From Chloroflexota bacterium (lineage in GTDB: Bacteria; Chloroflexota; UBA11872; VXOZ01), in NCBI GenBank assembly GCA_964291655.2, contig OZ219802.1, forward strand, positions 672,001-736,000: a DNA stretch of 64,000 bases, read 5' to 3'. Positions 19,381-28,470 of the stretch are shown here, piece after piece; position 1 is the first letter of the stretch; each line of letters starts with the position of its first letter. A program made the position numbers and the translations under genes. Below the pieces are notes generated by a model. The model was not told the origin of the DNA and made no database searches. It worked only from the letters and a program-made list of their open reading frames with translations.

Positions 19381-20948
19381 TCCAGCAAATCCCCCTCGCG
19401 GTCATTCTCGGCAGTGGCGCGGCATTGACGTCGCTGGCGCTGCTCATGTTCTGGTGGCTGGCCGAACGTACCGTCTCGGCAGAAACCGCAGTCCACGCGG
19501 GACCGGTATTTCTCCGCCGCATTGCCCGCAACGCGCTCGTACCGTTGCTGGCCATGGTCATTGCGCGCGGCCTTATGTGGGTTTTCGCCGCGTACTACCT
19601 CCGTGTGCTTGGTCTGGAAAACTACGGCTACTATGCCCATGCCGTCAACTTGATCGGCTTTTTCGGCCCGCTCACGGACTTCGGCTTGGGCGTGCTGCTG
19701 ACGCGGGAAATAAGCCGCCGTCCCGATGCTGCCTCGGCATATCTTGTGGTTGTGCAGCGCATCCGTTTGTTGCTCTCAATTGCCGCTATCCCTGTCGTGC
19801 TCCTTATCATGGCAGGCATCTGGTTTGTGGACATCGTGCCGGCAAACACCATCCTGACGGCGGGTCTCCTCGCGGTAGCGCTCATCCCGGCAAACGCCGC
19901 CGGTACGGCCAGTTCTCTCTTTGCCGCCCGCGAGCGCATGGACTACACAGCACTCGTGCAGATCGCTACGGTACTCTTCACGGTGGGTTTGGGCATAGTG
20001 GCAATCGCTCTCGGCTGGGGCTACGTGGGACTAGCCGTAACAGCGCTCATCGCCAACGTCGTCACCGCTTTCGTGCTGCTCCGGGCGCTCCCTCACGAAG
20101 GCACTTCCCGCGCGCCCTGGGACGGGCAACTGGCGCGCGCGCTCATGCTGGCGTCCGTGCCGCTGATGCTCAATGCGTTGCTCAACATCGTTTTCTTCCG
20201 CATCGACATACAGGTGTTGACGATGACACGGGATATTACGGAAGTTGGGTACTACGGCGCGGCGTATAAGTATGTTGAAGCCTTTGCCCTGCTGCCCTCG
20301 GCGCTCGTGTTGGCGCTCTTCCCGGCGCTCTCACGGATCGCCCCCACCGACCGTGCTGCTCTCCAGAGTATCTTTACCAAGGCGCTGCAATTCATGCTCG
20401 TCCTCGCCGTCGGCAGCGCCGTGTGCTTTAGCTGGTACGCCACCTCCTTTGTCTGGGTGATCGGCGGCGACAAGTTCTTGCCCCATGGGGCAACTGCGCT
20501 GGCCATACTCATCTGGTTCCTTCCGCTGAGTTATGTCAATGCGATCACACAGTACGTCCTCATTGCCCTTGACCAACAGAAGTGGATCGCTATCGCCTTT
20601 GCGCTCGCCACCGCTTTCAACCTGGTAACAAACATCATCTTCGTGCCACAGCACGGTTACGCGGCCGCGGCGGTGACGACGGTGCTCTCCGAGCTGGTAC
20701 TCCTGGCGCCCTTCTTCGTCATCGCGCGCCGCAGGGAGATCATGATCCCAATTCTCAGCACTGGATGGCGACCGTTGCTGGCCGGCGTTGGCATGTTTGC
20801 TGTTGCGTGGTTCACGAGTTCTCTCCCTGCACTGCCGAGCATGGGGTTAGCGGGATTCGCTTATCTTGGCCTGGTAATCGCTCTCGGGGCCCTGCCGCGC
20901 GAAGACATTGCACGCTTCTGGAGTGCCCTGCGTGGCGCGCGAACTTAG
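19377..20948 (+). CDS. Wzx/RfbX-family polysaccharide flippase (MATE-like)
   Basis: RVLG...YG.Y, TDFGL, FRID...L....EVGYY.AAYK, FN...N...VP..G..AAA..TV.SE; many TM segments. Confidence 0.88.
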   Translation: MIQQIPLAVILGSGAALTSLALLMFWWLAERTVSAETAVHAGPVFLRRIARNALVPLLAMVIARGLMWVFAAYYLRVLGLENYGYYAHAVNLIGFFGPLTDFGLGVLLTREISRRPDAASAYLVVVQRIRLLLSIAAIPVVLLIMAGIWFVDIVPANTILTAGLLAVALIPANAAGTASSLFAARERMDYTALVQIATVLFTVGLGIVAIALGWGYVGLAVTALIANVVTAFVLLRALPHEGTSRAPWDGQLARALMLASVPLMLNALLNIVFFRIDIQVLTMTRDITEVGYYGAAYKYVEAFALLPSALVLALFPALSRIAPTDRAALQSIFTKALQFMLVLAVGSAVCFSWYATSFVWVIGGDKFLPHGATALAILIWFLPLSYVNAITQYVLIALDQQKWIAIAFALATAFNLVTNIIFVPQHGYAAAAVTTVLSELVLLAPFFVIARRREIMIPILSTGWRPLLAGVGMFAVAWFTSSLPALPSMGLAGFAYLGLVIALGALPREDIARFWSALRGART

Positions 20949-20957
20949 AAGTGTCTC

Positions 20958-21564
20958 GTTCTTACCGACGGTGCAGCGAGTAGGGGCGGTTCGCGAACCG
21001 CCCTTACCTGCCGCAAGGGCATCCACCGCAGTTCCTACCGACGGCGCATTGAGTAGAGGCGGTTCGCGAACCGCCCCTACCTGCCGCAATAGCATCTACC
21101 GCAGCGTGGGGACTTGCCCCCGCATCAGTACGAGAAGCCCTGAATGAATCTCCGCAGTCCTTCCCTACGTGAGTGGAAAATGAGTATCTTGCTTCCTCCG
21201 GCTCTTACGCTCTTGCCCGGCCGCCGTGTCCCGCCTGTGATATGCTCGTAAGACGCACCTCGCTGCATGTATAAGACGCCGTTCTCACAAATAGAGCGCT
21301 CTCGACAGTTGGTCGGAAAAGTCTCGTTCTTACCGACGGTGCAGCGTGTAGGGGCAATTCGCGAACCGTCCCCACCTGCCGCAAGAGCATCCACCGCAGT
21401 TCTTACCCACGGCGCACCGAGTAGAGGCGGTTCGCGAAACGCCCCCACCTGCCGCAAGAGCTTCCACCGCAGTTCTTACCCACGGCGCACCGAGTAGAGG
21501 CGGTTCGCGAACCGCCCCTACCTGCCACAGAATATCCAGCGTAGCGCGGGGGCTTGTCCCCCGC
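20958..21564. repeat. BIME-like mosaic: 2 + 3 copies of a 73-bp unit containing REP family A (GTAGGGGCGGTTCGCGAACCGCCCCTAC), each block capped by REP family B
   Basis: Units start at 20958, 21031, 21326, 21399 and 21472; caps at ~21101-21123 and 21541-21564. Confidence 0.9.
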
Positions 21565-21711
21565 CTGGTCGCACAAGAATAAGGCACAACCTTGAGGTGT
21601 CTCTCAACCAGGTTCACGCAGGTTTCAAACCTGCGTTACCGGAGCAGAGCGGCGCTCAACGCGCGCTGTGTTTCTTGACCGCAGTGGGGGCACGGCCCTG
21701 GAGGAGAATCC

Positions 21712-22527
21712 ATGACGTCCGAGAACGAGAGAGTCCTCGACCACCGCGCGGTTGGCGAACTCTGGGACGAGAATGCCGAAGCCTGGACCACGCTCACCCG
21801 CCTCGGCTACGACAAGTACCGCGACCACATCAACACGCCGGCCTACATGGAGATGCTGCCCAACGTGGTGGGGCTGCAGGGGCTTGACGTCGGCTGCGGC
21901 GAGGGCCACAATACGCGGCTGGTCGCGCAACGCGGCGCGCATCTAACCGCCTTGGATATTTCCGGCCGCTTTGTGGACTACGCCCAGGAGCGAGAGACGG
22001 AAGAGCCATTAGGAATCACCTATCTGCGCGCCAGCGCAGTGGATTTGCCTCTGGCCGACGCCGGCTTCGACTTTGTCATGGCCACTATGAGCATGATGGA
22101 CGTGCCGGACCAGCACCGAGCTGTCCGCGAAGTGGCGCGCGTCTTGAAGCCGGGCGGCTTCTTCCAGTTCTCGATTCTTCACCCTTGCTTCATGACACCC
22201 CGCTTTAAATGGGTGCTCGATGAAGCAGGGCGACGCGTCGCTATGGAGTGCGGTGACTATTTCAAGACGGAGCAAGGCACCATCGAGGAGTGGATATTTG
22301 GGTCTGCCCCTGACGAATTGAAGGAGCGTTACAAGAAATTCCGCATCCCGCGCTTCTTCCACACCTTGAGCACATGGTTGAACATGCTACTCACAGCCGG
22401 ACTCGTCATCGAAGAGAGCGCCGAGCCGTACGCCAGCGACGAGTCCATCGCAATCTATCCCAGCCTCGCCGCCACCCGCGTCATCGCCTGCTCCCTCCAC
22501 CTCCGCTGCCGGAAACCATCACGGTAG
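21712..22527 (+). CDS. Class I SAM-dependent methyltransferase
   Basis: LDVGCGEG, LDIS, FDFV, RVLKPGG.F.FSI.HPCF; GGAGG RBS. Confidence 0.92.
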   Translation: MTSENERVLDHRAVGELWDENAEAWTTLTRLGYDKYRDHINTPAYMEMLPNVVGLQGLDVGCGEGHNTRLVAQRGAHLTALDISGRFVDYAQERETEEPLGITYLRASAVDLPLADAGFDFVMATMSMMDVPDQHRAVREVARVLKPGGFFQFSILHPCFMTPRFKWVLDEAGRRVAMECGDYFKTEQGTIEEWIFGSAPDELKERYKKFRIPRFFHTLSTWLNMLLTAGLVIEESAEPYASDESIAIYPSLAATRVIACSLHLRCRKPSR

Positions 22528-22610
22528 AGGAAAGCGCAGCAGTCGCCAAGGCGCAAAGAAAGGGGAAGCTCTACGTTTCGCAGTGCATAGGACGCGCGCG
22601 CGGTGAAGAC

Positions 22611-22981
22611 CTAGCCGCTTTCAAAGCTCGGCTTGGTGCGCTGGCGCGCTCCAGGGGTGCACGCATACGCCTGCACCACTTCGCCATCCACAATGTGCTC
22701 TGCCACGATGCGGTCCACGGCGGCCTCGTCCACGCCGCCGTACCACGTGCCATCGGGATGCACCACCATCATCGGCCGAGATCGCAGGGATTGAGACAGC
22801 CCGTGCGCGCCGCCATCAATACACGCCTCTTGCCCCACAACCGGCACTCCCTGACCTTCGCCTCGAAATACTCCCACAACGCCGGGTCATTCTTGCATTT
22901 TGCGGCGGGACCAATGACAGAGCAATACTTGGCCGTGGGCAGTGGGAAGAATTGCACGTACCGGCGGTTGGTTTGTTTCAA
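22611..22981 (-). pseudogene. Decayed duplicate of the thioredoxin-like [2Fe-2S] ferredoxin domain of 24525-25361
   Basis: Near-identical PALWEYFEAKVRECRL...RTGCL.PCDLG / MMVVHPDGTWYGGVDEAAVDRIV split across frames; 1-nt deletion near 22775; VLLC motif in a third frame. Confidence 0.85.
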
Positions 22982-23056
22982 GCACCGGTACGTGCTTCAA
23001 CCTTGAACCACTCTCCCCTGTCGCAGTCCCGGTAGGCTACGCACCTTCTTCTTCGT

Positions 23057-24079
23057 CTACTCGGGATAGAAACCGTTCGCCAGCGTTTCAATGGCGTCAA
23101 CGGTGCGAATGCCCGCCTGCGTGGCCGTGAAGAGCACATCCACGAAGTGCTTGTTCTGCACTGCCTTGATGGAGGAAAGCGCCTCGGTGCTCTCCAAGTA
23201 CGCTCTCTTCTCTGCAGCCGTAGACCATCCTGGGGCATCGAGCAGCACGATGACGTCGGGGTCTCGCTCGACCACGGTCTCCCAGTTCACTGACCCGAAG
23301 AGACCTTCAACGTCAGCAAATATGTTGACCCCACCTGCCTCTTCGACTATCGCATTCACAATGCCCGAACCAACCGCGGCGTACGGCGTATCATCACCAC
23401 TGTCATAGATGAAGACTGAAACCTTCGGATCGGCAGGCGCCGTCTTGGCGCGGATGTCCGCTAAGCGGGCCCGCAGCCCGTAGACGTACTCTTCAGCACG
23501 CTCCGTAATCCCAAAGATCTGCCCGATTTTCACAAAGTCCTCGAACACGTCCTCAACGGTCACCTTGCCCTCTTTGCAGTTGGAGGCCGTCATGTACGAC
23601 GCTATGCCGAGATCCAAAAGCGAATCGCGCGGCCCTGCCACATCTTCACGAGTGAAGGCGCTTACAAAGGCAGCGTAAATGAAGTCGGGCTCCGCTCCCA
23701 GAATGACCTCATGTGAAGGATATTTCTCGGCAAGTACCGGAATCTGCTCGTATGCCGCCTGGAGATCAGGGGGCATCGAGTCTCTGAGGAACGCCGTGCC
23801 AACCATGCTGTCTTCCAAACCCAACGCCAGCATCAATTCCGTCGTTTGCTGAGATAGACTAATGGCGCGCTGCGGCGGCTGGTCGTACGTAATGGTAAAG
23901 CCACAGTTTTCGATGGTCACCGGCGTGAAAGCAGTTTCGGCTTCTTGGGCCGGTTCTGCCGGCTCCGCCACCGGTTGCGGTACGGCTACCGTGCCACAAC
24001 CAGCCAGCAAGAGACTACCCGCGCCTGCCACTCCGATGGCGAGAAGGCTACGACGAGTCATGCGCTGAGAATAGATCAT
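23057..24079 (-). CDS. Class III (FecB/BtuF-like) ABC substrate-binding Tat lipoprotein, copy 2
   Basis: TRRSLL...LLLAGC; PVTIENCG, PPQRA, E.ML.LGL...MVGTA, AGG.NIFAD, V.WE.V..R.PDVIV. Confidence 0.9.
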   Translation of the reverse strand: MIYSQRMTRRSLLAIGVAGAGSLLLAGCGTVAVPQPVAEPAEPAQEAETAFTPVTIENCGFTITYDQPPQRAISLSQQTTELMLALGLEDSMVGTAFLRDSMPPDLQAAYEQIPVLAEKYPSHEVILGAEPDFIYAAFVSAFTREDVAGPRDSLLDLGIASYMTASNCKEGKVTVEDVFEDFVKIGQIFGITERAEEYVYGLRARLADIRAKTAPADPKVSVFIYDSGDDTPYAAVGSGIVNAIVEEAGGVNIFADVEGLFGSVNWETVVERDPDVIVLLDAPGWSTAAEKRAYLESTEALSSIKAVQNKHFVDVLFTATQAGIRTVDAIETLANGFYPE

Positions 24080-24132
24080 CTCCAACTTCCTTTCCGATTC
24101 TACACGAGAGCTTCTCACACGCACTCCCATCT

Positions 24133-24186
24133 TTATTGGGAATGCGTTTCATTAACATTAAACAGGGTGTGGGTATGCCTTGTCAA
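24133..24186 (-). promoter_or_regulatory. Sigma70 promoter (TTGACA-18-TTTAAT) followed by a Fur-family-like box
   Basis: -35 at 24186-24181, -10 at 24162-24157; box TTAATGAAACGCATTCCCAATAA at 24155-24133. Confidence 0.6.
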
Positions 24187-24387
24187 GGGCCGCGCCATGC
24201 TAACCGGAGTAGTCCGATTCTTGCCGAGAGTGCAGGCTGCTTATGCGTCCAATGGCGCCAGGTGAGCAGTGCGCCGGTGCCCTTGGCAGCGTGGTCCATT
24301 GGGCCGCAACCTTCGGCGTCCTCGCGATGCATCCCTAGCGCAAGGCCCCGCCATCGGGCGTAGGCAGCAATCAGTCTAAATTACAAT

Positions 24388-24417
24388 AAAAAAGCCCTGT
24401 TCCCTAGAGAACAAGGC
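24388..24417 (-). terminator. Rho-independent terminator after the CbiX-ferredoxin gene
   Basis: GCCTTGTTC-loop-GAACAGGGC followed by T6 on the minus strand. Confidence 0.7.
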
Positions 24418-24524
24418 GTCACTTGGATCATAGAGTCGAGCCGTTTACCGGCGGTTTGCCTCAGCGGTCGTAATCAACCATAGCTTTAGATTTTCGGTTC
24501 ACGGCGTCTGCCCGACGGCGAATA

Positions 24525-25361
24525 CTAGCTGCCTTTCGTCCCCGGCTTGCGCCGAGCCAGCGCGCCGGGAGTGCACGCATACTCCTGCACCACTTCGCCA
24601 TCCACAATGTGCTCAGCCACGATGCGGTCCACCGCGGCCTCGTCCACGCCGCCGTACCACGTGCCGTCGGGATGCACCACCATCATCGGGCCGAGATCGC
24701 AGGGATAGAGACAGCCGGTGCGGACCATCATCACGCGCTGCTTGCCTCGCAACCGGCATTCCCTGACCTTCGCCTCGAAATACTCCCACAGCGCTGGGGC
24801 ATTCTCCAGCGTGCAGCGCGGTCCGCTGCAGAGGAGCACATGATGCCGATGGGAGGGTAAGTGATTCCAGGAGCGCCGCCGCTCCTCTATCGTGGGATCC
24901 TCACGCACATCCGTAAAGGAGCGAGCATCCATGACGGCAGCGCTAAAGGCGTCTGCCAGGTGTGCGCTATCGCCCAATGGCGGTGCGAGCGCGACCTCCA
25001 CGTCAGCATCCGCATGTTCGCGCAGCCAGTCGCGCAGCGCGAGGGGCAGCCACCAGCGCAGCGTGCGGTCCATGGGCACGAGACCCGGCACCACCAGGAG
25101 GCGGCGGGCCCCTGCGGCGAGACTCTGTTCGAGCACGGCCGACAGCGCCGGCTTGCCCTGCTCCAGGAACGCGTAGCGCACAGCGCGAAAGCTACCGGCA
25201 CGGGCCACCGATGCGACCAGCCGTTCCAGTTCCTGGCGCGGGGCCGCGCCATAGCCGCCGCGGCCCACGATAACGACCGTGTCAAACGGTACGCCGTTGG
25301 GCTCCGTTTGGGTCTCAGGGGACAAGACGTCTCCATCTTGTTCGCTGTGGCGGTCTGCCAT
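24525..25361 (-). CDS. CbiX/SirB-fold domain fused to thioredoxin-like [2Fe-2S] ferredoxin
   Basis: N-terminal VVIVGRG...AFLEQGKP.L...LVVP...APPLG; C-terminal CSGPRC...TGCLYPCDLGP..VVHPDG.WY. Confidence 0.82.
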   Translation of the reverse strand: MADRHSEQDGDVLSPETQTEPNGVPFDTVVIVGRGGYGAAPRQELERLVASVARAGSFRAVRYAFLEQGKPALSAVLEQSLAAGARRLLVVPGLVPMDRTLRWWLPLALRDWLREHADADVEVALAPPLGDSAHLADAFSAAVMDARSFTDVREDPTIEERRRSWNHLPSHRHHVLLCSGPRCTLENAPALWEYFEAKVRECRLRGKQRVMMVRTGCLYPCDLGPMMVVHPDGTWYGGVDEAAVDRIVAEHIVDGEVVQEYACTPGALARRKPGTKGS

Positions 25362-25393
25362 GGCGCGCTACCTATACACGTTGCGCAAGGGAC

Positions 25394-26242
25394 CTAATCC
25401 ACACCAACCATCACAGATGCTGCCGGCGCTCCGTTGCTGGATGCCGGCGCCCCATTGGTGGCTGCCGGCGCCGCGGCGTGGGCGGGAAGGTAGACAATAT
25501 GGAGTTTGCCGGTGCGGGGGTGTATCTGCACCTCGGCATCTACACCAAACACGTTGCGAATGAGCTCAGGTTGCAACACCGCCTCCGGCGAGTCTGCCGC
25601 TACGATCCGTCCTGCTGCAATGATGTAGATGCGGTCGCAGTAGGCTGCGGCCAGATTGAGATCGTGCAGCGCCGCGAACGTCGTCACCTGCAAGCCGCGC
25701 ACCAGATCCAGAATCTCAAGCTGATAGCGCACGTCCAGATGGTTCGTGGGCTCGTCCAGCACGAGGAAGCGGGCCTGCTGGGCCAGGGCGCGGGCAATCA
25801 ACACGCGTTGCTTTTCACCGCCGGAGAGCGTGGCGAAGCTGCGTTCGGCAAAGTCCAACATGCCCACCTGCGCCAGCGCGCTTTCCACCAGGGCATGGTC
25901 TTCATCGGTTTCGCGGGAAAACATCTTCTTGTGAGGCGTGCGTCCCATGAGCACCATCTCCCACACCACAAAATCAAACTCCCCGGGAGATTCCTGCAGC
26001 ACTGCCGCCGTGCGTCGGGCCGCCTCGCGCGGGTCGAGCTTCCAAACGTCGTCGCCGTTGAGCGAAATGTAGCCGGCATCCGGCTTGAGCGCGCGATAAA
26101 TCGACCGCAGCAAGCTCGACTTGCCGCTGCCGTTCGGGCCCAGGATACCGACGAATTCACCGGCGCCGACCTCGGCGCCGACCTCTTGCAGTATCGGTTG
26201 CGAGTCTACGCTCCAACTAACATCTTCAACACGGAGGTTCAT
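25394..26242 (-). CDS. Fe-chelate/cobalamin ABC ATPase (FecE/BtuD-like)
   Basis: GPNGSGKS, MGRTPH, LSGGEKQR, LDEPTNHLD, HDLNLAA.YCD. Confidence 0.93.
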   Translation of the reverse strand: MNLRVEDVSWSVDSQPILQEVGAEVGAGEFVGILGPNGSGKSSLLRSIYRALKPDAGYISLNGDDVWKLDPREAARRTAAVLQESPGEFDFVVWEMVLMGRTPHKKMFSRETDEDHALVESALAQVGMLDFAERSFATLSGGEKQRVLIARALAQQARFLVLDEPTNHLDVRYQLEILDLVRGLQVTTFAALHDLNLAAAYCDRIYIIAAGRIVAADSPEAVLQPELIRNVFGVDAEVQIHPRTGKLHIVYLPAHAAAPAATNGAPASSNGAPAASVMVGVD

Positions 26243-27357
26243 GTTCTGCCTCCTCCAAATGCATCTTTGCGTCGCCGCATTAACCATAGAAAGAACGGTC
26301 CGCCGAGAAACGCCGTAATGACGCCAAGGGGCATCTCTTCCGGCTGCACAACCGTGCGTGCGAGCACGTCAACCCAAACCAGAAAGATCGCCCCGGCCAG
26401 CAGGCTCACCGGCAAGACGCGGCGGTGGTCCGTACCGACAAAGAGGCGCACGGTATGGGGCATCATCAGTCCCACAAAGCCAATCGCGCCGGCCAACGCC
26501 ACCATGACGCCGGTCATCATTGCCGCCACCACCATCAGCACCCGCCGGAAACGATTCGTATCCACACCCAGGCTCACGGCCGTTTCCTCACCCGCCACGA
26601 GGGCATTCAACGGTCGCGCCTGCAACACCAAGTAAACGGTACCGATGAGGAGCACCAGCAGCGGCAGCGTGAGATAGCTCCATTTTGCGCCGGCCACACT
26701 CCCCATCAGCCAGAAGAGCACCGAGCGAATGCCCTCAGCCTCGTCGGCGCGAAACACCATGAAGCTCATCGTAGCCGATAAGACATAGGACAACGCAACT
26801 CCTACCAAGATGAGGCGCACGGGCGAGAGTGTGCCCCGGTGCTGCGCCAGCGTGAGTACCACGATGAACGTGAGTACCGCTCCCAGGAAAGCAGCAACCG
26901 ACAGCGCATAGATACCTAAGAACTGGAAAACGCCGAACAGAATCACGAGCACGGCACCCACGGAGGCTCCGGAAGAGACACCCAATATATACGGGTCGGC
27001 CAGCGGATTGCGCACCGTCGCCTGCATGGCAACCCCCACAACCGCGAGCCCTGCGCCGACGACGGCCGCCAGCAACACCCGGGGAAACCGGATCAGCCAC
27101 ACGATGTTTTCGTGGGCGGCCGACCATTCGCCGGAGGCCAGCCCCGTCAGGCGGGAGACGGCAATCTGCCAGACCGTCAACGGTGCGATGGCTACCGGGC
27201 CGATGGTAACTGCGAGTGTGAGTGAAAACAGCAGCGCCACCAGCAAGCCGAGCACCACGACAGGAAAGCGCGCGTCCCACCGCCGACCGGGCGCGCGTTC
27301 TTGTGCCGGGCCCGCCGCAGTCGGCGACCGCGTCGGTCTCTCCGCAACTGTGGCCAT
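26239..27357 (-). CDS. FecCD/BtuC-family ABC permease
   Basis: IRFPRV, Q...RNPLADPYILG.SSGA, GEETA.SLG, IGFVGL..PH, E.P.G..TA..GGPFF. Confidence 0.94.
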   Translation of the reverse strand: MATVAERPTRSPTAAGPAQERAPGRRWDARFPVVVLGLLVALLFSLTLAVTIGPVAIAPLTVWQIAVSRLTGLASGEWSAAHENIVWLIRFPRVLLAAVVGAGLAVVGVAMQATVRNPLADPYILGVSSGASVGAVLVILFGVFQFLGIYALSVAAFLGAVLTFIVVLTLAQHRGTLSPVRLILVGVALSYVLSATMSFMVFRADEAEGIRSVLFWLMGSVAGAKWSYLTLPLLVLLIGTVYLVLQARPLNALVAGEETAVSLGVDTNRFRRVLMVVAAMMTGVMVALAGAIGFVGLMMPHTVRLFVGTDHRRVLPVSLLAGAIFLVWVDVLARTVVQPEEMPLGVITAFLGGPFFLWLMRRRKDAFGGGRT

Positions 27358-27442
27358 TGCTGTTCTCCGTCTATAGTCTGTTCTTCACAAAGCATCTCGA
27401 TGATGCTGCACAGTTATGTAAGGGGGTTGCCGGGTCCCGCCG

Positions 27443-28420
27443 CTATGGAGACCTCCCCCAACCCCTTTTCTTCCCGATCCAAAACACGACACCGGCTACG
27501 GCCAAGATCAAGGCCAAGGCAGGCAGCCCCAACAGCGCTGTATTCCATCCGCTTCTCATTCCGTTGACCTCAACCGGCGAGGAGTCTCCCCTATCGTAAG
27601 CTTCGCGTAGCAGGGTCACCGGGTTCTGCTCCCCAGCACGTTGCGCTGGAACAGTCAGCCACCGGCTTAACGAGTCTCCTTGTTCGCTGGTACGCGCTAC
27701 CGCGACGAATGCGGTAAGGGCCGTTTGCTCGCGGGGACACCGTTTGTCGCCGCCTTCCCCAGCGCCGGCCTCAAGAGCGGCGAGCAATCCATCAGCAAGG
27801 ACGGCGTCAGGCTGTTTCATCACCTCTTCGAACGCTTCCAACGCCGCGCTGACCACTGCCGGTCCCACCAGAATGTTCCCTTGGGCCGAGATGGATGGGC
27901 CACTGACCGCACCGGCCCAGTCAAGGTTCCCGCTCCCGGTGAAGTTTGCCGCTCCGTGAGCCAGCGTGGCGACGCCGTACTGCCTCGTATCCGGAGAGGA
28001 ATCACCCGAGCTAGCTGCAGCAATCGCATCTTGAGGTGAAGCGCCGGCCAGCAAGCTACTCGCAACCCTATCGATCCGCTCGGTGTTTTGCGGATCACCT
28101 TGCGCCTGCGCTGCAATTGCACCATGTCCGGGCAGCAGGCGGGCCAGTTCGATATCACCAAGCGAGGAGTCGATATATACGTGATATATCATTCGCCCCG
28201 CATCATCCCCGGACCCGCCGGCTGTCGCTAACAATCGAGAGTTCTCAGGCACACAGGTGGCCAGCGCAACACCCACTTCGGCAGCTTCTGCGTCGACAGC
28301 AACAATGGACCAGGTGCCTGACGAATATTCATTAGTAGGGGCTATAGTCCCAGCGCCGCAGCCGGTAGTCAACAAGAGCGCGATAGCGACGCGCGCGACC
28401 CGAGCAGGCTTCACAGTCAT
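27443..28420 (-). CDS. DUF1028 (Ntn-hydrolase-like) protein with lipoprotein signal and C-terminal TM anchor
   Basis: TWSIVAVD...GVA, G.GAIA.QA, RQYG, FTG...WAG, QGNIL, AL.AG...GGDKR; LLLTTGC; hydrophobic tail + KKR. Confidence 0.8.
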   Translation of the reverse strand: MTVKPARVARVAIALLLTTGCGAGTIAPTNEYSSGTWSIVAVDAEAAEVGVALATCVPENSRLLATAGGSGDDAGRMIYHVYIDSSLGDIELARLLPGHGAIAAQAQGDPQNTERIDRVASSLLAGASPQDAIAAASSGDSSPDTRQYGVATLAHGAANFTGSGNLDWAGAVSGPSISAQGNILVGPAVVSAALEAFEEVMKQPDAVLADGLLAALEAGAGEGGDKRCPREQTALTAFVAVARTSEQGDSLSRWLTVPAQRAGEQNPVTLLREAYDRGDSSPVEVNGMRSGWNTALLGLPALALILAVAGVVFWIGKKRGWGRSP

Positions 28421-28470
28421 ACCACCTTGTCCTCGGTGTCCTACTCTAATGCAAACACGCCCTAGCCGGC

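Noticed and set aside
20958-21564. CRISPR array
   Set aside because: The sequences between palindromes are near-identical rather than unique spacers, and no cas genes are present
20847-21617. Short ORFs with repeated VGAVREPPL peptides
   Set aside because: Translation artefacts of the DNA repeat
24425-24470. c-di-GMP-I riboswitch on the minus strand (GGCAAACCGCCGGTAAACGGC)
   Set aside because: No GACGCAAAGC or P3 element; lies directly downstream of a CDS, before its terminator
25478-26635. Long antisense ORFs (also 5076-6221, 39085-40206, 42602-43546, 53153-54013, 56543-57370)
   Set aside because: Shadow frames opposite well-supported genes in GC-rich DNA; no recognisable motifs
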